Assembly: GCA_017415325.1 (NCBI GenBank)
Contig: JAFQGY010000247.1
Location: 2,018-66,017 of the forward strand
Source: Clostridia bacterium
Lineage (GTDB): Bacteria; Bacillota; Clostridia; Oscillospirales; CAG-272
Length of the DNA stretch: 64,000 nucleotides
Reading direction: 5' to 3'
Shown: positions 44,762-53,637 of the stretch, in pieces
Position numbering within the stretch: position 1 is the stretch's first letter
How the letters are laid out: every line of letters starts with the position of its first letter
The notes under the pieces: model-generated
What the model saw: the letters and a program-made list of their open reading frames with translations, nothing else
Databases searched by the model: none
Told to the model about the DNA's origin: nothing
Program-made: the position numbers and the translations under genes

Positions 44762-45274
44762 ATGAAACTCAAGGTAAAGACTTCTGTCAACGAATATCAC
44801 AACATTCACTACTACACTACGTTCGATGTAGAATATGATAAGCCGGAAATCGAAGACAGTTTCGGCACGATGACCGGAACCAGAATCTCCGATGTATTCC
44901 CGGTGTATCCCGATCTCAGCACAACCAACATCTACACACCGGACTTTGAGCACTTCTTCGAGCTCTGGGGCGCAAAGGTTTTGACTGATGAAGAGGACGA
45001 AAGCCAGTTTGAATACCGCTACATTGCTGTTCCTGTAGACCCAATAGAATCAGAGGAATCCCTTCAGAAAGATGCCAACGGCCTCGATAAGGACACATTT
45101 GAAAGTATGGTGCAGGATTATTTGTCTGACCGTGGAGAAGATGATCTGCTCCTTTGCGGCGAACCAGAACTGGATGAAGACGGGTGCTGGATGCAATGCG
45201 TGAAAGGCGTAGACGACAACCGGATTTATACATTGCATTACACCAGCGACATGGACATTTATTTGGCTTACTAA
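44762..45274 (+). CDS. very acidic 170-aa protein (island gene 5)
   Basis: AAGGAGATTGCAAAATG start context. By hand count 40 D+E vs 12 K+R (net about -28). No family recognised. Confidence 0.55.
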   Translation: MKLKVKTSVNEYHNIHYYTTFDVEYDKPEIEDSFGTMTGTRISDVFPVYPDLSTTNIYTPDFEHFFELWGAKVLTDEEDESQFEYRYIAVPVDPIESEESLQKDANGLDKDTFESMVQDYLSDRGEDDLLLCGEPELDEDGCWMQCVKGVDDNRIYTLHYTSDMDIYLAY

Positions 45275-45365
45275 ACGGATATATCATTGACTGGGGTATT
45301 GTAACCCACAACGGCAAAACATACTACATCATGTATGTACTCTGATATATTTCAAAAATCACATC

Positions 45366-45397
45366 AAAAAAGACCAGCCACTCCCGACTGGTCTTTT
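45366..45397. terminator. bidirectional terminator (32-nt core identical to 19004-19035)
   Basis: The same AAAAAAGACCAGCCACTCCCGACTGGTCTTTT sequence sits between convergent stops at 45274 and 45404. Confidence 0.7.
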
Positions 45398-45403
45398 TAC
45401 TTA

Positions 45404-45673
45404 TTACACCGCAGCCAATCCCACAGCAGAGCTTTTAATCCGCAGAACCGTTCGCTCACTGTAGTTGAGCTGCATCGCTATGTATACTATACTTCTCGCA
45501 TTGTGGTAGTATTCCACAAAAATCACACGCTGTACACCATCCAACTTCTCAGCATCAATCCAGAAATCCAAATACAAATCCCTGTAACGTCTGCTTCTCA
45601 TGATCCATCCGCTTCCGGTTTTGATGTATTTCCACCTCAGCCGACGGAATTCTTTCAGCTCATTGCGTGTCAT
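45404..45673 (-). CDS. late-gene activator candidate (RinA/ArpU/sigma-70 region-4-like)
   Basis: 89 aa with C-terminal HTH ...QLNYSERTVLRIKSSAV... It is the last early-side gene before the packaging module. Confidence 0.5.
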   Translation of the reverse strand: MTRNELKEFRRLRWKYIKTGSGWIMRSRRYRDLYLDFWIDAEKLDGVQRVIFVEYYHNARSIVYIAMQLNYSERTVLRIKSSAVGLAAV

Positions 45674-45688
45674 AGTCCTCCTATAGGA

Positions 45689-46105
45689 TTATTTGTCAAT
45701 CCTCCTTGCATATACGACTTCCATGTGCTGTGTCAGATTTGGAGGATACCTTTTATCTTTTACCCCAAATAATGCTCTTGCTTTGGCATCCTCAATTCCA
45801 TCTGCGTCCACAGCAATGTTAATTGTGCCGCTTGTCCTGATACATACATCGTATCTTGCCGATGCATATAAAGCCCGCTCAATGTATCCTATGACCACAG
45901 GATTTGTCTGTTCCTGCAACACGGTAAGTATCCTGTCGAGTATCTCGTCCTGTGTTTGGGTTGATACATATAACGCTTTTTCTCCCTCCGCAATCGGTAT
46001 GGATGCCCAGTCATGACCAACGCACACGCATACCTTATCACCTTCTTGTTTCAGCCACAAGCGATCATTGGCATATCCAAAAGCTATAATCTCTTCGGTT
46101 ATCAT
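45689..46105 (-). CDS. hypothetical protein
   Basis: ATG at 46105 follows GGGGGA, right after the ssb stop. Confidence 0.5.
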   Translation of the reverse strand: MITEEIIAFGYANDRLWLKQEGDKVCVCVGHDWASIPIAEGEKALYVSTQTQDEILDRILTVLQEQTNPVVIGYIERALYASARYDVCIRTSGTINIAVDADGIEDAKARALFGVKDKRYPPNLTQHMEVVYARRIDK

Positions 46106-46115
46106 ATATCCCCCA

Positions 46116-46583
46116 TCAGAAAGGCAATTCGTCCGAATCCGTGATATCCTCATACATTGGTGCGGTCTGAGGTGCAGCCTGATTCACCTGCTGCCCCATA
46201 GCCTGATACTGGTTCGCCATGTAGTCCTGATTCTGCTGTACCGGCTGTGTCCCCTGAGAATCACTCTTTGCATCCACAAAATACGCTTCATCGGCAACAA
46301 TATCTGTAGCATACCGCTTCTGCCCGTTCTGGTCTGTCCATTCCCGGTTCTGGATCGATCCCACCACACAGATGGAGGATCCCTTGCGGAAATATTTGGT
46401 CACAAAGTCCGCTGTATTCCGCCACGCCTGCACATTGAAGAAATCCGTATTGTTTCCCGCTCCACGACGATTCACGGCAATCCGGAAACTTGTTGTATTG
46501 ATCCCCTGAGGAGTCACCCGCAGCTCCGGATTTTCCACCATTTTACCGCCGAGAATTACTTTGTTGAAGTTGAAATTAGATGC
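46116..46583 (-). CDS. ssb: single-stranded DNA-binding protein
   Basis: Starts MASNFNFNKVILGGKMVENPELR (OB fold). Q-rich linker and acidic tip DSDELPF. Confidence 0.9.
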   Translation of the reverse strand, partial: ASNFNFNKVILGGKMVENPELRVTPQGINTTSFRIAVNRRGAGNNTDFFNVQAWRNTADFVTKYFRKGSSICVVGSIQNREWTDQNGQKRYATDIVADEAYFVDAKSDSQGTQPVQQNQDYMANQYQAMGQQVNQAAPQTAPMYEDITDSDELPF

Positions 46584-46602
46584 CATATTATTTTTCCTCC
46601 TT

Positions 46603-47025
46603 TCATCGTCCGGTGCTTCCAAATCCACCAGTCCCACGTTCCGTCTCGTCCAGAGTTTCCACCCGACTGAATCCGCACAGCTCAACCGGATAAATCACAA
46701 TCTGACTGATTTTATCCCCCTTGTGTACCTTGTGGGGTTTCCATCCCAGATTGTACAGTTTCACCCGGATGCTGCCCGTGTATCCGCTGTCAATGGTTCC
46801 CCATCCCACAAGGTTGTGGTTTACATTCAGCCCGGACTTCGGTTCGATTTCTCCCACATATCCCTTTGGGATGGCAATGTGCACACCCGTATCAAATACA
46901 GCACTGCTCCAAGGCCAGATCCATTTATCCTCCCTGGAAAACAGATCTGCCCCCGCATCCGCTTCATGAGCCCTGTCTGGGTACACAGCTTCTTCATCCA
47001 AAACAACACCAAGCACTTCTCTCAT
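46603..47025 (-). CDS. dut: dUTP diphosphatase
   Basis: 140 aa with AGADL, GTIDSGYTG and the C-terminal RGTGGFGSTG motifs. Confidence 0.9.
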   Translation of the reverse strand: MREVLGVVLDEEAVYPDRAHEADAGADLFSREDKWIWPWSSAVFDTGVHIAIPKGYVGEIEPKSGLNVNHNLVGWGTIDSGYTGSIRVKLYNLGWKPHKVHKGDKISQIVIYPVELCGFSRVETLDETERGTGGFGSTGR

Positions 47026-47474
47026 TTTTCTTCCACCTCCATTCTTCTTTCCACAAGTTCCATCACAGCATAGTTCGCCAGATCCACAAGCGTATCGTCA
47101 ATGGATTCATCCACTTTCGCAGATTCCCCGCCAATCAGTGTATCCAGTCGGTTCAGCTTGTCAAACAGCCGGATCAAAATGGCATTCGGGTATCTCTCTC
47201 TGGTGAAATTGAAACTGTTTCCGTAATCGTGATTCTTCGCCGCATATACATCCGCCATTCTTTCCGTGATTTCCCGGAACACTTCTTCCCGTGAAGTCGG
47301 TTTTTCTTCCCGTTTCACAGTCTCGTCCATCTCCCACAGAGTAGGGATGGAAGTACCGTTATAACTGCAGTCCTCTCGGAATCCTTCGTCAATCGCACAT
47401 GTTTTTCTGTTTGTGCAGGTTGTACACCACTCTGTTAACATCTTGATGCTTTTGGAACCTGTTCTTTCCATCAT
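47022..47474 (-). CDS. DUF1599-like nucleotide-modification-associated protein with an N-terminal Cys cluster
   Basis: ...VYAAKNHDYGNSF...LIRLFDKLNRL...DTLVDLANYA... matches my memory of DUF1599. ATGA overlap with the nrdG stop. Confidence 0.55.
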   Translation of the reverse strand: MMERTGSKSIKMLTEWCTTCTNRKTCAIDEGFREDCSYNGTSIPTLWEMDETVKREEKPTSREEVFREITERMADVYAAKNHDYGNSFNFTRERYPNAILIRLFDKLNRLDTLIGGESAKVDESIDDTLVDLANYAVMELVERRMEVEEK

Positions 47475-48010
47475 TCTTCTCCTTCCCATATTACAGGCTT
47501 CATTTTACCCGTTTTCCAGTATTCCACAAATGTTGCCGTAGTCTCAATAACCCTCTGGTTCCTGCTCCCACGGTATTTCAGCGTTATATCACGCTCGTCC
47601 TCCCGGTATTCCCCATCTACAAGCACATCCGCCGTATCAAGGATATACCAGATCTCCCGTTCGGTTTTTGCCCGGTTCACCAGTTGCTCCAAAGTATACC
47701 CACTGTAGATCCAGATACTCTTCCCGGATTCTTCGGCAATCTGCACAATTTCCGCAACACCGGGTATGTTCTCCTGCTCAAAGGGTTCTCCACCCAAAAT
47801 GGTGATACCATCAATATAATCCGGTTCCAGCAGTTTCAGTATGTATTCCTTCGTCTGTTCGGTGTACGGTTCCCCGAATCCAAAATCCCACGCTTCCGCA
47901 TTCTGGCACCCATGGCAGTGTCTCCGGCACCCGGATACAAACACCGACACTCTCACGCCGGGTCCATCCGCAATGTCACACGGTTTGATTTTCGCCACGT
48001 TCATTTTCAT
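47471..48010 (-). CDS. nrdG: anaerobic ribonucleotide reductase activating protein (radical SAM)
   Basis: CDIADGPGVRVSVFVSGCRRHCHGCQNAEAW and the C-terminal YRGSRNQRVI are NrdG hallmarks. No nrdD is in the window. Confidence 0.85.
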   Translation of the reverse strand: MKMNVAKIKPCDIADGPGVRVSVFVSGCRRHCHGCQNAEAWDFGFGEPYTEQTKEYILKLLEPDYIDGITILGGEPFEQENIPGVAEIVQIAEESGKSIWIYSGYTLEQLVNRAKTEREIWYILDTADVLVDGEYREDERDITLKYRGSRNQRVIETTATFVEYWKTGKMKPVIWEGEE

Positions 48011-48215
48011 CTTCCCCCTGCACAAATACCTGCGTCTTCATGTCCAGCTTGTGATTCGCATACCTGTCAAATTTATCGTGGATTTTGACTTCCTGCTTCC
48101 GGGATAACCACTTCCGGCACTCCCCGAAATCCGCATGATACGCCCTGCGGAAATCCTCCGGTGTCATGTCGATTTCCCGCTCGATCACAACTTCACTTCT
48201 GATTCTGATTTTCAT
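47976..48215 (-). CDS. hypothetical protein
   Basis: 79 aa, charged. Packed in the operon. Confidence 0.4.
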   Translation of the reverse strand: MKIRIRSEVVIEREIDMTPEDFRRAYHADFGECRKWLSRKQEVKIHDKFDRYANHKLDMKTQVFVQGEDENERGENQTV

Positions 48216-48534
48216 GCTGTTCTCCTTTCAACTGTTTGATTTCTTCCTCCTGTGCCTGAATGATTGACCTCTGCTTTATAGCAAGTTGTCTCAATTCTTC
48301 CGATGCCGCACACAGCCTTCTGCCGCTTTCAGCCAATCTTTCCAGATCTTTAATCCTGTCCAAATGCAGAAGATTGGTAAAGCAGCACGCCACCACAATA
48401 AGCGCCCACGGCCATCCTGGCATTACATAATCCGATATAACATCTGCCAACGCAGCGGAAAATGCATTGATTATAATAAGCCAGCTCAGAGTTACACCTA
48501 TCTGTTGTTCACTGGGTTTCTTTATCTTTTTCAT
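48193..48534 (-). CDS. membrane / coiled-coil protein
   Basis: 113 aa with two hydrophobic helices, then a coiled coil. Confidence 0.45.
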   Translation of the reverse strand: MKKIKKPSEQQIGVTLSWLIIINAFSAALADVISDYVMPGWPWALIVVACCFTNLLHLDRIKDLERLAESGRRLCAASEELRQLAIKQRSIIQAQEEEIKQLKGEQHENQNQK

Positions 48535-48543
48535 GTCTACCTC

Positions 48544-48837
48544 CTAAAATTCTCTCCCGAACAGCCAGTCCAGTGACACGCCGTAATAACATGCTATGGT
48601 CAACAGCCGCCTTGCGTCCGGGAAGTTTATTCCTTGTTCATATTGTCCTATGGACTGCTTGTTCATGCCCATGTCTTCCGCTGCTTCTCTGAGTGACAGC
48701 CCTTGCGCTTCTCTGAGACCTCTGATTTTGGCTGGGAACACAGCTATTGCTTCCAGAACCTCCTGCCGCACCTCCGGGCATACAATCTGCGGTATGTTCG
48801 ATCTGTTTCCGTTTGTTCTGTTGCCCTTCAATTCCAT
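48544..48837 (-). CDS. XRE-family HTH protein (paralogue 3)
   Basis: QGLSLREAAEDMGMNKQSIGQYEQG...YYGVSLDWLFG. Confidence 0.7.
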   Translation of the reverse strand: MELKGNRTNGNRSNIPQIVCPEVRQEVLEAIAVFPAKIRGLREAQGLSLREAAEDMGMNKQSIGQYEQGINFPDARRLLTIACYYGVSLDWLFGREF

Positions 48838-49130
48838 TCACCTCCCATCAACCAGTCCACAGTAACCCCGTAGTATCTGGCCAAAAGACACAGGTTTACA
48901 AAATTTGGCAAACTCTCTCCCCGCTCATATGCAGATATGTTCTGCCATGGGATCCCGGTTCCTCTCGCAGTGTCCTTGAGTACCATGTTGGCATTTACCC
49001 GTATCTCTCGCAGCCTCTCCGGGAACACCTCTATAGCTTTGTCCACCACCATGCGCAGTTCCTTATCCGGAATCCCACGCAGCTTGTCCAGATGTTTTTC
49101 CAGCATCACCCGACCTCCCCGATAAGCCAC
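48828..49130 (-). CDS. XRE-family HTH protein (paralogue 2)
   Basis: MVLKDTARGTGIPWQNISAYERG...YYGVTVDWLMG. Confidence 0.7.
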   Translation of the reverse strand: MAYRGGRVMLEKHLDKLRGIPDKELRMVVDKAIEVFPERLREIRVNANMVLKDTARGTGIPWQNISAYERGESLPNFVNLCLLARYYGVTVDWLMGGEWN

Positions 49131-49354
49131 CCAGCAGATACGCCATAGTATTCCGCAAGGAGTATCAGATGTCCCAGCGTCGGTACCCGCATCCCTGTCT
49201 CGTATTTGGATATGCTCACCATGCAGATACCAGTGTCCAGTGCAACTTTCATCTGCGTCAGGTGCTTCTCCCGTCTGGCTTTATACAACCGATCCCCAAT
49301 AGCCCTGCGCATATCCGGTGAGATGTTTTCATTGTGCTTCATCCATTTCACCAA
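49106..49354 (-). CDS. XRE-family HTH protein (paralogue 1)
   Basis: LTQMKVALDTGICMVSISKYETG...YYGVSAGWLIG. Confidence 0.7.
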   Translation of the reverse strand: MVKWMKHNENISPDMRRAIGDRLYKARREKHLTQMKVALDTGICMVSISKYETGMRVPTLGHLILLAEYYGVSAGWLIGEVG

Positions 49355-50348
49355 CTTTCATTTGGTTCTCATCAGGTGCGATCTTCTTATAGTCCTCAAA
49401 TTTCGGGCACTTCTTCCGGATCGCCGGCAGATTGCACCATCTCTGCAGATCCAGATACAACGGATCGCACGACGGCTTATTAAAAATCATCACATACGGA
49501 TTATACCCCAGTTTATCCAGTGTATATATCCGCCGCAGATCATCTTCAAACGCCGACCAGTAATTCACCAGCACATACACTGTAGCATAATTCCCGTGCG
49601 GTTTTCTGACGGCATGTTCCGCATACCACTGAAAAACCGGCTCCATATATTCTTGCGGATCGTCCCACGCAAAATGGATCTCCTTCACCTTGATTTTGTT
49701 CAGCAAATCCACATTTTTCTTGTTCAGCAATCTTGCATCAAGCCCCTGTGTAAAATCCACGTAAGCGCCGCTGTCCGCAAGCTGCCCCAGCAGTTCCAGA
49801 TGCTCCCGGCAGGCTAAAATATTGGGATCCATCAGCTTAATATATTTCTGCCCCCTCCAGAACTCGGACAAATCCGCCACTTTCCGGCTTACACGTCCTT
49901 CTTTCTGCGATACAAGGCAAAATGCACAGTTTCTCGGGCACCCCCGTGTCAGGTATCCATATGCAGTATCCTTCGTCAGTTCCGGATACATGGAATAGTC
50001 AGGATATGTATGTTCTTCTTGCCATGGGAGTTCTTCCCTATACACCTCATTTCCATATACATGATTTCCAAATCTCCATTTTCCGGCATTGTATGTTTCA
50101 ATCATCCCGTCTTCCTGCCTGCGTATATACCCTGTTCCACCTTTAATAATGTGTTTGGCCATCGGAACCCAGTCAATATCAGGACTATACGTTTCGTCGA
50201 ACACCTTCGACATATACACCAGATCATACTGCTCCATCCGGTTGCACCATTCCACGGTATCACCGCACTGCTTGTGCCATGCGGACAGTTTCATCAATGC
50301 AAGGTTTGGGAAATTGTGACCATCAACATCAATCAGTCCTATTTTCAT
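49329..50348 (-). CDS. radical SAM domain protein
   Basis: Starts MKIGLIDVDGHNFPNLALMKL (Rossmann/B12-like N-terminus). CPRNCAFC is a CxxxCxxC cluster. Confidence 0.7.
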   Translation of the reverse strand: MKIGLIDVDGHNFPNLALMKLSAWHKQCGDTVEWCNRMEQYDLVYMSKVFDETYSPDIDWVPMAKHIIKGGTGYIRRQEDGMIETYNAGKWRFGNHVYGNEVYREELPWQEEHTYPDYSMYPELTKDTAYGYLTRGCPRNCAFCLVSQKEGRVSRKVADLSEFWRGQKYIKLMDPNILACREHLELLGQLADSGAYVDFTQGLDARLLNKKNVDLLNKIKVKEIHFAWDDPQEYMEPVFQWYAEHAVRKPHGNYATVYVLVNYWSAFEDDLRRIYTLDKLGYNPYVMIFNKPSCDPLYLDLQRWCNLPAIRKKCPKFEDYKKIAPDENQMKVGEMDEAQ

Positions 50349-50559
50349 CAAGCAACCTCCGATATACTTCCCGCCACATATACACCCCGGCAGTATTCCC
50401 GCCGTCCAGCACACATGCGTGATACATATTGTCGTATTTCCGGTATTCCGCGTCCAGCTTCTCCGGCGGCAGCTTCTTTCTCCTGATAGATGCCATGTCC
50501 CGCCTGATCTGCGCTTCCATTTCCGATTCCGTCATCACATGCGGCTTATCTTTTTCCAC
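50329..50559 (-). CDS. hypothetical protein
   Basis: 76 aa. Overlapping starts and stops with its neighbours. Confidence 0.4.
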   Translation of the reverse strand: MEKDKPHVMTESEMEAQIRRDMASIRRKKLPPEKLDAEYRKYDNMYHACVLDGGNTAGVYMWREVYRRLLDENRTD

Positions 50560-50764
50560 GCTTTCTCACCACCTTAAACATTTCGTCAACTTCCACAAAT
50601 CTGTTGTGATACCATTTCCGCCACCCCACGCAGTCCCGGCATATCGTGCAGTTCCCCTTACCTCTGGGGCATTTGTCACACGGATACTCAGGAAACCTGT
50701 CGGACAGTTTCTGCGGCGGAGGTTTTACGGTTTTTATTTCTGCAAGAATGTCATTTGCTTCCAT
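50546..50764 (-). CDS. small Cys-rich (zinc-ribbon-like) protein
   Basis: 72 aa with CDKCPRGKGNCTICRDC. Confidence 0.4.
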   Translation of the reverse strand: MEANDILAEIKTVKPPPQKLSDRFPEYPCDKCPRGKGNCTICRDCVGWRKWYHNRFVEVDEMFKVVRKRGKR

Positions 50765-50767
50765 GGG

Positions 50768-51556
50768 CTATACCTCCATCTGCATCTGTTGCGGGATGTT
50801 CTGTAAATTCAGCATCTTTTCCGTGGACATGTCGTAGAATTTTTTACTTACTTCAAATCCATAACTGTTCCTGCCCATTTCCCATGCTGCCCGCAGAGTA
50901 GAGCCGCTTCCTGCACATGGATCAATCACAACATCCCCCGGGTCTGTGAATATCTCAATCAGCCGTTTCAGTACCGCTATCGGTTTCTGTGTCGGATGGA
51001 TTTTCGGATATTCCTTCCCGTCTCGCTTCCACTCGAACCAGTTGAAAACCATGTGGCCTTTCCCGTCAGCACCGATATTGTTGAATTTCGGAAGCTTGTC
51101 CCGATACATCACAATACCGTATTCTGTGGCACCAACAATTTTCATGTTTGCTTTCAGTACCTGTGCGGAATAATTCTTACAAAACACAAGCGGTATGTAG
51201 TGCTGATACCCGTGCTTCTTTCCGATTTCCACAAGATCCATAGCCTGTTCAAAGGAGCAGAACACAATCATACAGGGAGCCTTTCCACGTTCCTTCGGTT
51301 CCTTTTTCAAAAGTTTCCCGCAGAAATGAAAGTATTCGTTCAAGTTGAAATCCCCATCCCCATTGAAGAAAGCAGATGCGGCCAGTTTGCTTTCCCCGTT
51401 GTGGTTGTCCCCGCCGTTGTACCACATGGGATTGCTTGCGTAAGCCTTGACGCCCAGATTATACGGTATATCCGCAATCACAAGCTGTGCCTTTGGAATT
51501 CCATACCGCTTGTAATTCTGGAAGTTGTCATGGTACAGTTTGCATTTCACATCCAT
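50768..51556 (-). CDS. DNA N4/N6 methyltransferase (beta class)
   Basis: ATG at 51556 follows GGGAGG. Motif IV variant ADIPYNLG comes first. The AdoMet motif VIDPCAGSGSTLRAA is near the C-terminus. Confidence 0.8.
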   Translation of the reverse strand: MDVKCKLYHDNFQNYKRYGIPKAQLVIADIPYNLGVKAYASNPMWYNGGDNHNGESKLAASAFFNGDGDFNLNEYFHFCGKLLKKEPKERGKAPCMIVFCSFEQAMDLVEIGKKHGYQHYIPLVFCKNYSAQVLKANMKIVGATEYGIVMYRDKLPKFNNIGADGKGHMVFNWFEWKRDGKEYPKIHPTQKPIAVLKRLIEIFTDPGDVVIDPCAGSGSTLRAAWEMGRNSYGFEVSKKFYDMSTEKMLNLQNIPQQMQMEV

Positions 51557-51557
51557 C

Positions 51558-51941
51558 TCATACCTCCCTGACAACCACCCGGATGCAGTCTTCGTCATGG
51601 AAATACATCTCCACCCCATGCACCCATGTCCGGTTGTCGTCCCTGATTACCCTGCCTTTCAGCGAGTCAATGACATATTTTAGAACAATACTATGATTGT
51701 CGACATCAAGCCGGTCGTTCACAAACAGCGTGATTATCACAGGGTTTTCATACGGAAATTTCCGTACTTTCTGCCGTTCCATCTCTCCCCACACAAGAGC
51801 ATGGAAATAATCTTTGTCCTTATTCCTCTGCTGCCATACCTTACCGGAATAGTAAGCATTTGTCCCGAACCGTGCAGTCCATTTGGATTTTGCTTTTTTG
51901 TCGGCAGGGTAGGGTATATCAAATACTGTTTTCTTCGGCAT
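51558..51941 (-). CDS. RusA-family Holliday junction resolvase
   Basis: 127 aa. DRLDVDNHSIVLKYVIDSLKGRVIRDDN fits the RusA acidic motif. Confidence 0.65.
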   Translation of the reverse strand: MPKKTVFDIPYPADKKAKSKWTARFGTNAYYSGKVWQQRNKDKDYFHALVWGEMERQKVRKFPYENPVIITLFVNDRLDVDNHSIVLKYVIDSLKGRVIRDDNRTWVHGVEMYFHDEDCIRVVVREV

Positions 51942-52356
51942 TATGTTCCTCCGTCATTTCTTTCACAAGGCTGTCGATTATATTGAGAACAGACCCCCTC
52001 ATCGTTCCAGCTCCCGTTGTGAGTTCTCCTTTTAGTTCCTCCGCAAACTCCTTGATTGCATTTACTCTGATAACCTCAACACTTTTTAAGCATGATTCGT
52101 AATTATCAACCGATTTTGACAGGTTTATAATTTCATTATCCTGTCTTGCTATTACTTCCGCACATATTTTATTTTTCGCTTCAAGGTCAGCAATGAAGTC
52201 TTTCAGAAAGGTAACATCTCTTACAAAATCTGCTATATCTTTGTTCTGCACATCAACAGGCTTGCCGAACCACAACTCCCGTCCTGCTCTTTGACCGCCA
52301 AAGAATTCGAATTTATCAAGGATATCAAGCACCTTGGTGATATCGTTATTGTTCAT
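51919..52356 (-). CDS. hypothetical coiled-coil protein
   Basis: 145 aa. Confidence 0.45.
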   Translation of the reverse strand: MNNNDITKVLDILDKFEFFGGQRAGRELWFGKPVDVQNKDIADFVRDVTFLKDFIADLEAKNKICAEVIARQDNEIINLSKSVDNYESCLKSVEVIRVNAIKEFAEELKGELTTGAGTMRGSVLNIIDSLVKEMTEEHNAEENSI

Positions 52357-52583
52357 TCTGTTGCCCTCTCGATCTTATCCCGGATTTCTTCGTAGCATTC
52401 CCAACATTCAAAACACGGATAGTCAGTCGCAAACTCAGGAATATCATCTGTATATATTTTATTGTCGGTCACCTCTACAATGTGCCGGATGTTTACAAGG
52501 TGAAGGCTGCCATCCTTGGTGGTTATTTCGATAAAACCTTTCATTTCTCCCCTCCGTCCATCTTTGCGCTGCAGATGGGGCAA
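52353..52583 (-). CDS. hypothetical protein
   Basis: 76 aa. Confidence 0.4.
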   Translation of the reverse strand: MPHLQRKDGRRGEMKGFIEITTKDGSLHLVNIRHIVEVTDNKIYTDDIPEFATDYPCFECWECYEEIRDKIERATE

Positions 52584-52867
52584 AACTTATGCAATTTTTC
52601 AAAATTCTCCACGCCAGATTCGTGCGTTAAGTGTGTGTTGTTTGCTACCACGTATTTACAGGCAGAGCAGATTGCTTTTGTACGCCAGATTGCGTCTTCG
52701 TCTGTTTCATACACCCACTTCCCATGCACCACAGGGGCTACATCGGCGGTTTGCGCAGTCCATAACGGGCATTTTGATTTATCACATTCTGTTCCATTGC
52801 ATCTGCATATGTTATTGCAGTAGTTCTCACGGTCTATGTATTCTTTATCCATATTGTTATCGTTCAT
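52541..52867 (-). CDS. Cys-rich zinc-ribbon protein
   Basis: 108 aa, with CNNICRCNGTEC...C and CSACKY...CPICS. Confidence 0.45.
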   Translation of the reverse strand: MNDNNMDKEYIDRENYCNNICRCNGTECDKSKCPLWTAQTADVAPVVHGKWVYETDEDAIWRTKAICSACKYVVANNTHLTHESGVENFEKLHKFCPICSAKMDGGEK

Positions 52868-52868
52868 T

Positions 52869-53222
52869 TCAGTCTTCCTCGTCGTGTATCGTTACAGAGA
52901 GCCTTTCACCGAGCCAATCAAGCCCTTTGCGTGTCATGTGGTAAATAACGTTCCCGAGCGGTGTATATCCTCGCCCTGCGAAACCCGATTCTACAAGGCT
53001 TTCCCAATTTGGTTCTTTCTGGAATGTAGAATAGTAATTTCGATATGGTCGATAAAATTCTTTCCCGTGACGATGGTATGTTTTCCGGTTATCCATTCCG
53101 ATGCAATGTTTGGCCATCTCAATCTTGGCCGATTCCAACAGTTTCGTGTTATCGTTCATTCCAAATCCTCCATCTGCATAAGTTGTTGCAGTATACTCCC
53201 GGTCTATGTATTCCTTAGGCAT
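52869..53222 (-). CDS. hypothetical protein
   Basis: ATG at 53222 lies 6 nt after GGAGG. It shares the KEYIDRE N-terminus with the downstream gene. Confidence 0.45.
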   Translation of the reverse strand: MPKEYIDREYTATTYADGGFGMNDNTKLLESAKIEMAKHCIGMDNRKTYHRHGKEFYRPYRNYYSTFQKEPNWESLVESGFAGRGYTPLGNVIYHMTRKGLDWLGERLSVTIHDEED

Positions 53223-53634
53223 CGGCATCCTCCTTCGGTGCTTCCGGCAGCGGCTTCCAGTGAGTGACTTTTTCCTGTGTATCAAATTCCCCTACGTGCC
53301 AGCTTTCGGTTACATCACTGTACCAACCAACACTTACACGACTTCCTCCGCCACGTTTTGGTGTCGCCACCCAAACATCTACACGTGCTTCTGGCAGTCT
53401 CTCCGTCACCGGAATCCACCGTTCCGCTTCTTTCTCCCACTCCTCCTTCCAGTACTGCCGCAGTGTGGTATAACAGTACACCGCCATCACCCACACATCA
53501 TCCAGTCGGATTCCTGCTCCCTCCGCCAGTTCAATGTCGCAGGGAGATTCCATAAACTGCCGGTATGCTTCATGGACTTCATATTTCTCCAAGTCGCAAA
53601 TGGCATTTTCCAAAAGATGCTCAACATTCAACAT
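53215..53634 (-). CDS. DUF551-like phage protein
   Basis: C-terminal RWIPVTERLPE...VWVA...THWKPLPEAP pattern. Confidence 0.5.
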   Translation of the reverse strand: MLNVEHLLENAICDLEKYEVHEAYRQFMESPCDIELAEGAGIRLDDVWVMAVYCYTTLRQYWKEEWEKEAERWIPVTERLPEARVDVWVATPKRGGGSRVSVGWYSDVTESWHVGEFDTQEKVTHWKPLPEAPKEDADA

Positions 53635-53637
53635 ATT

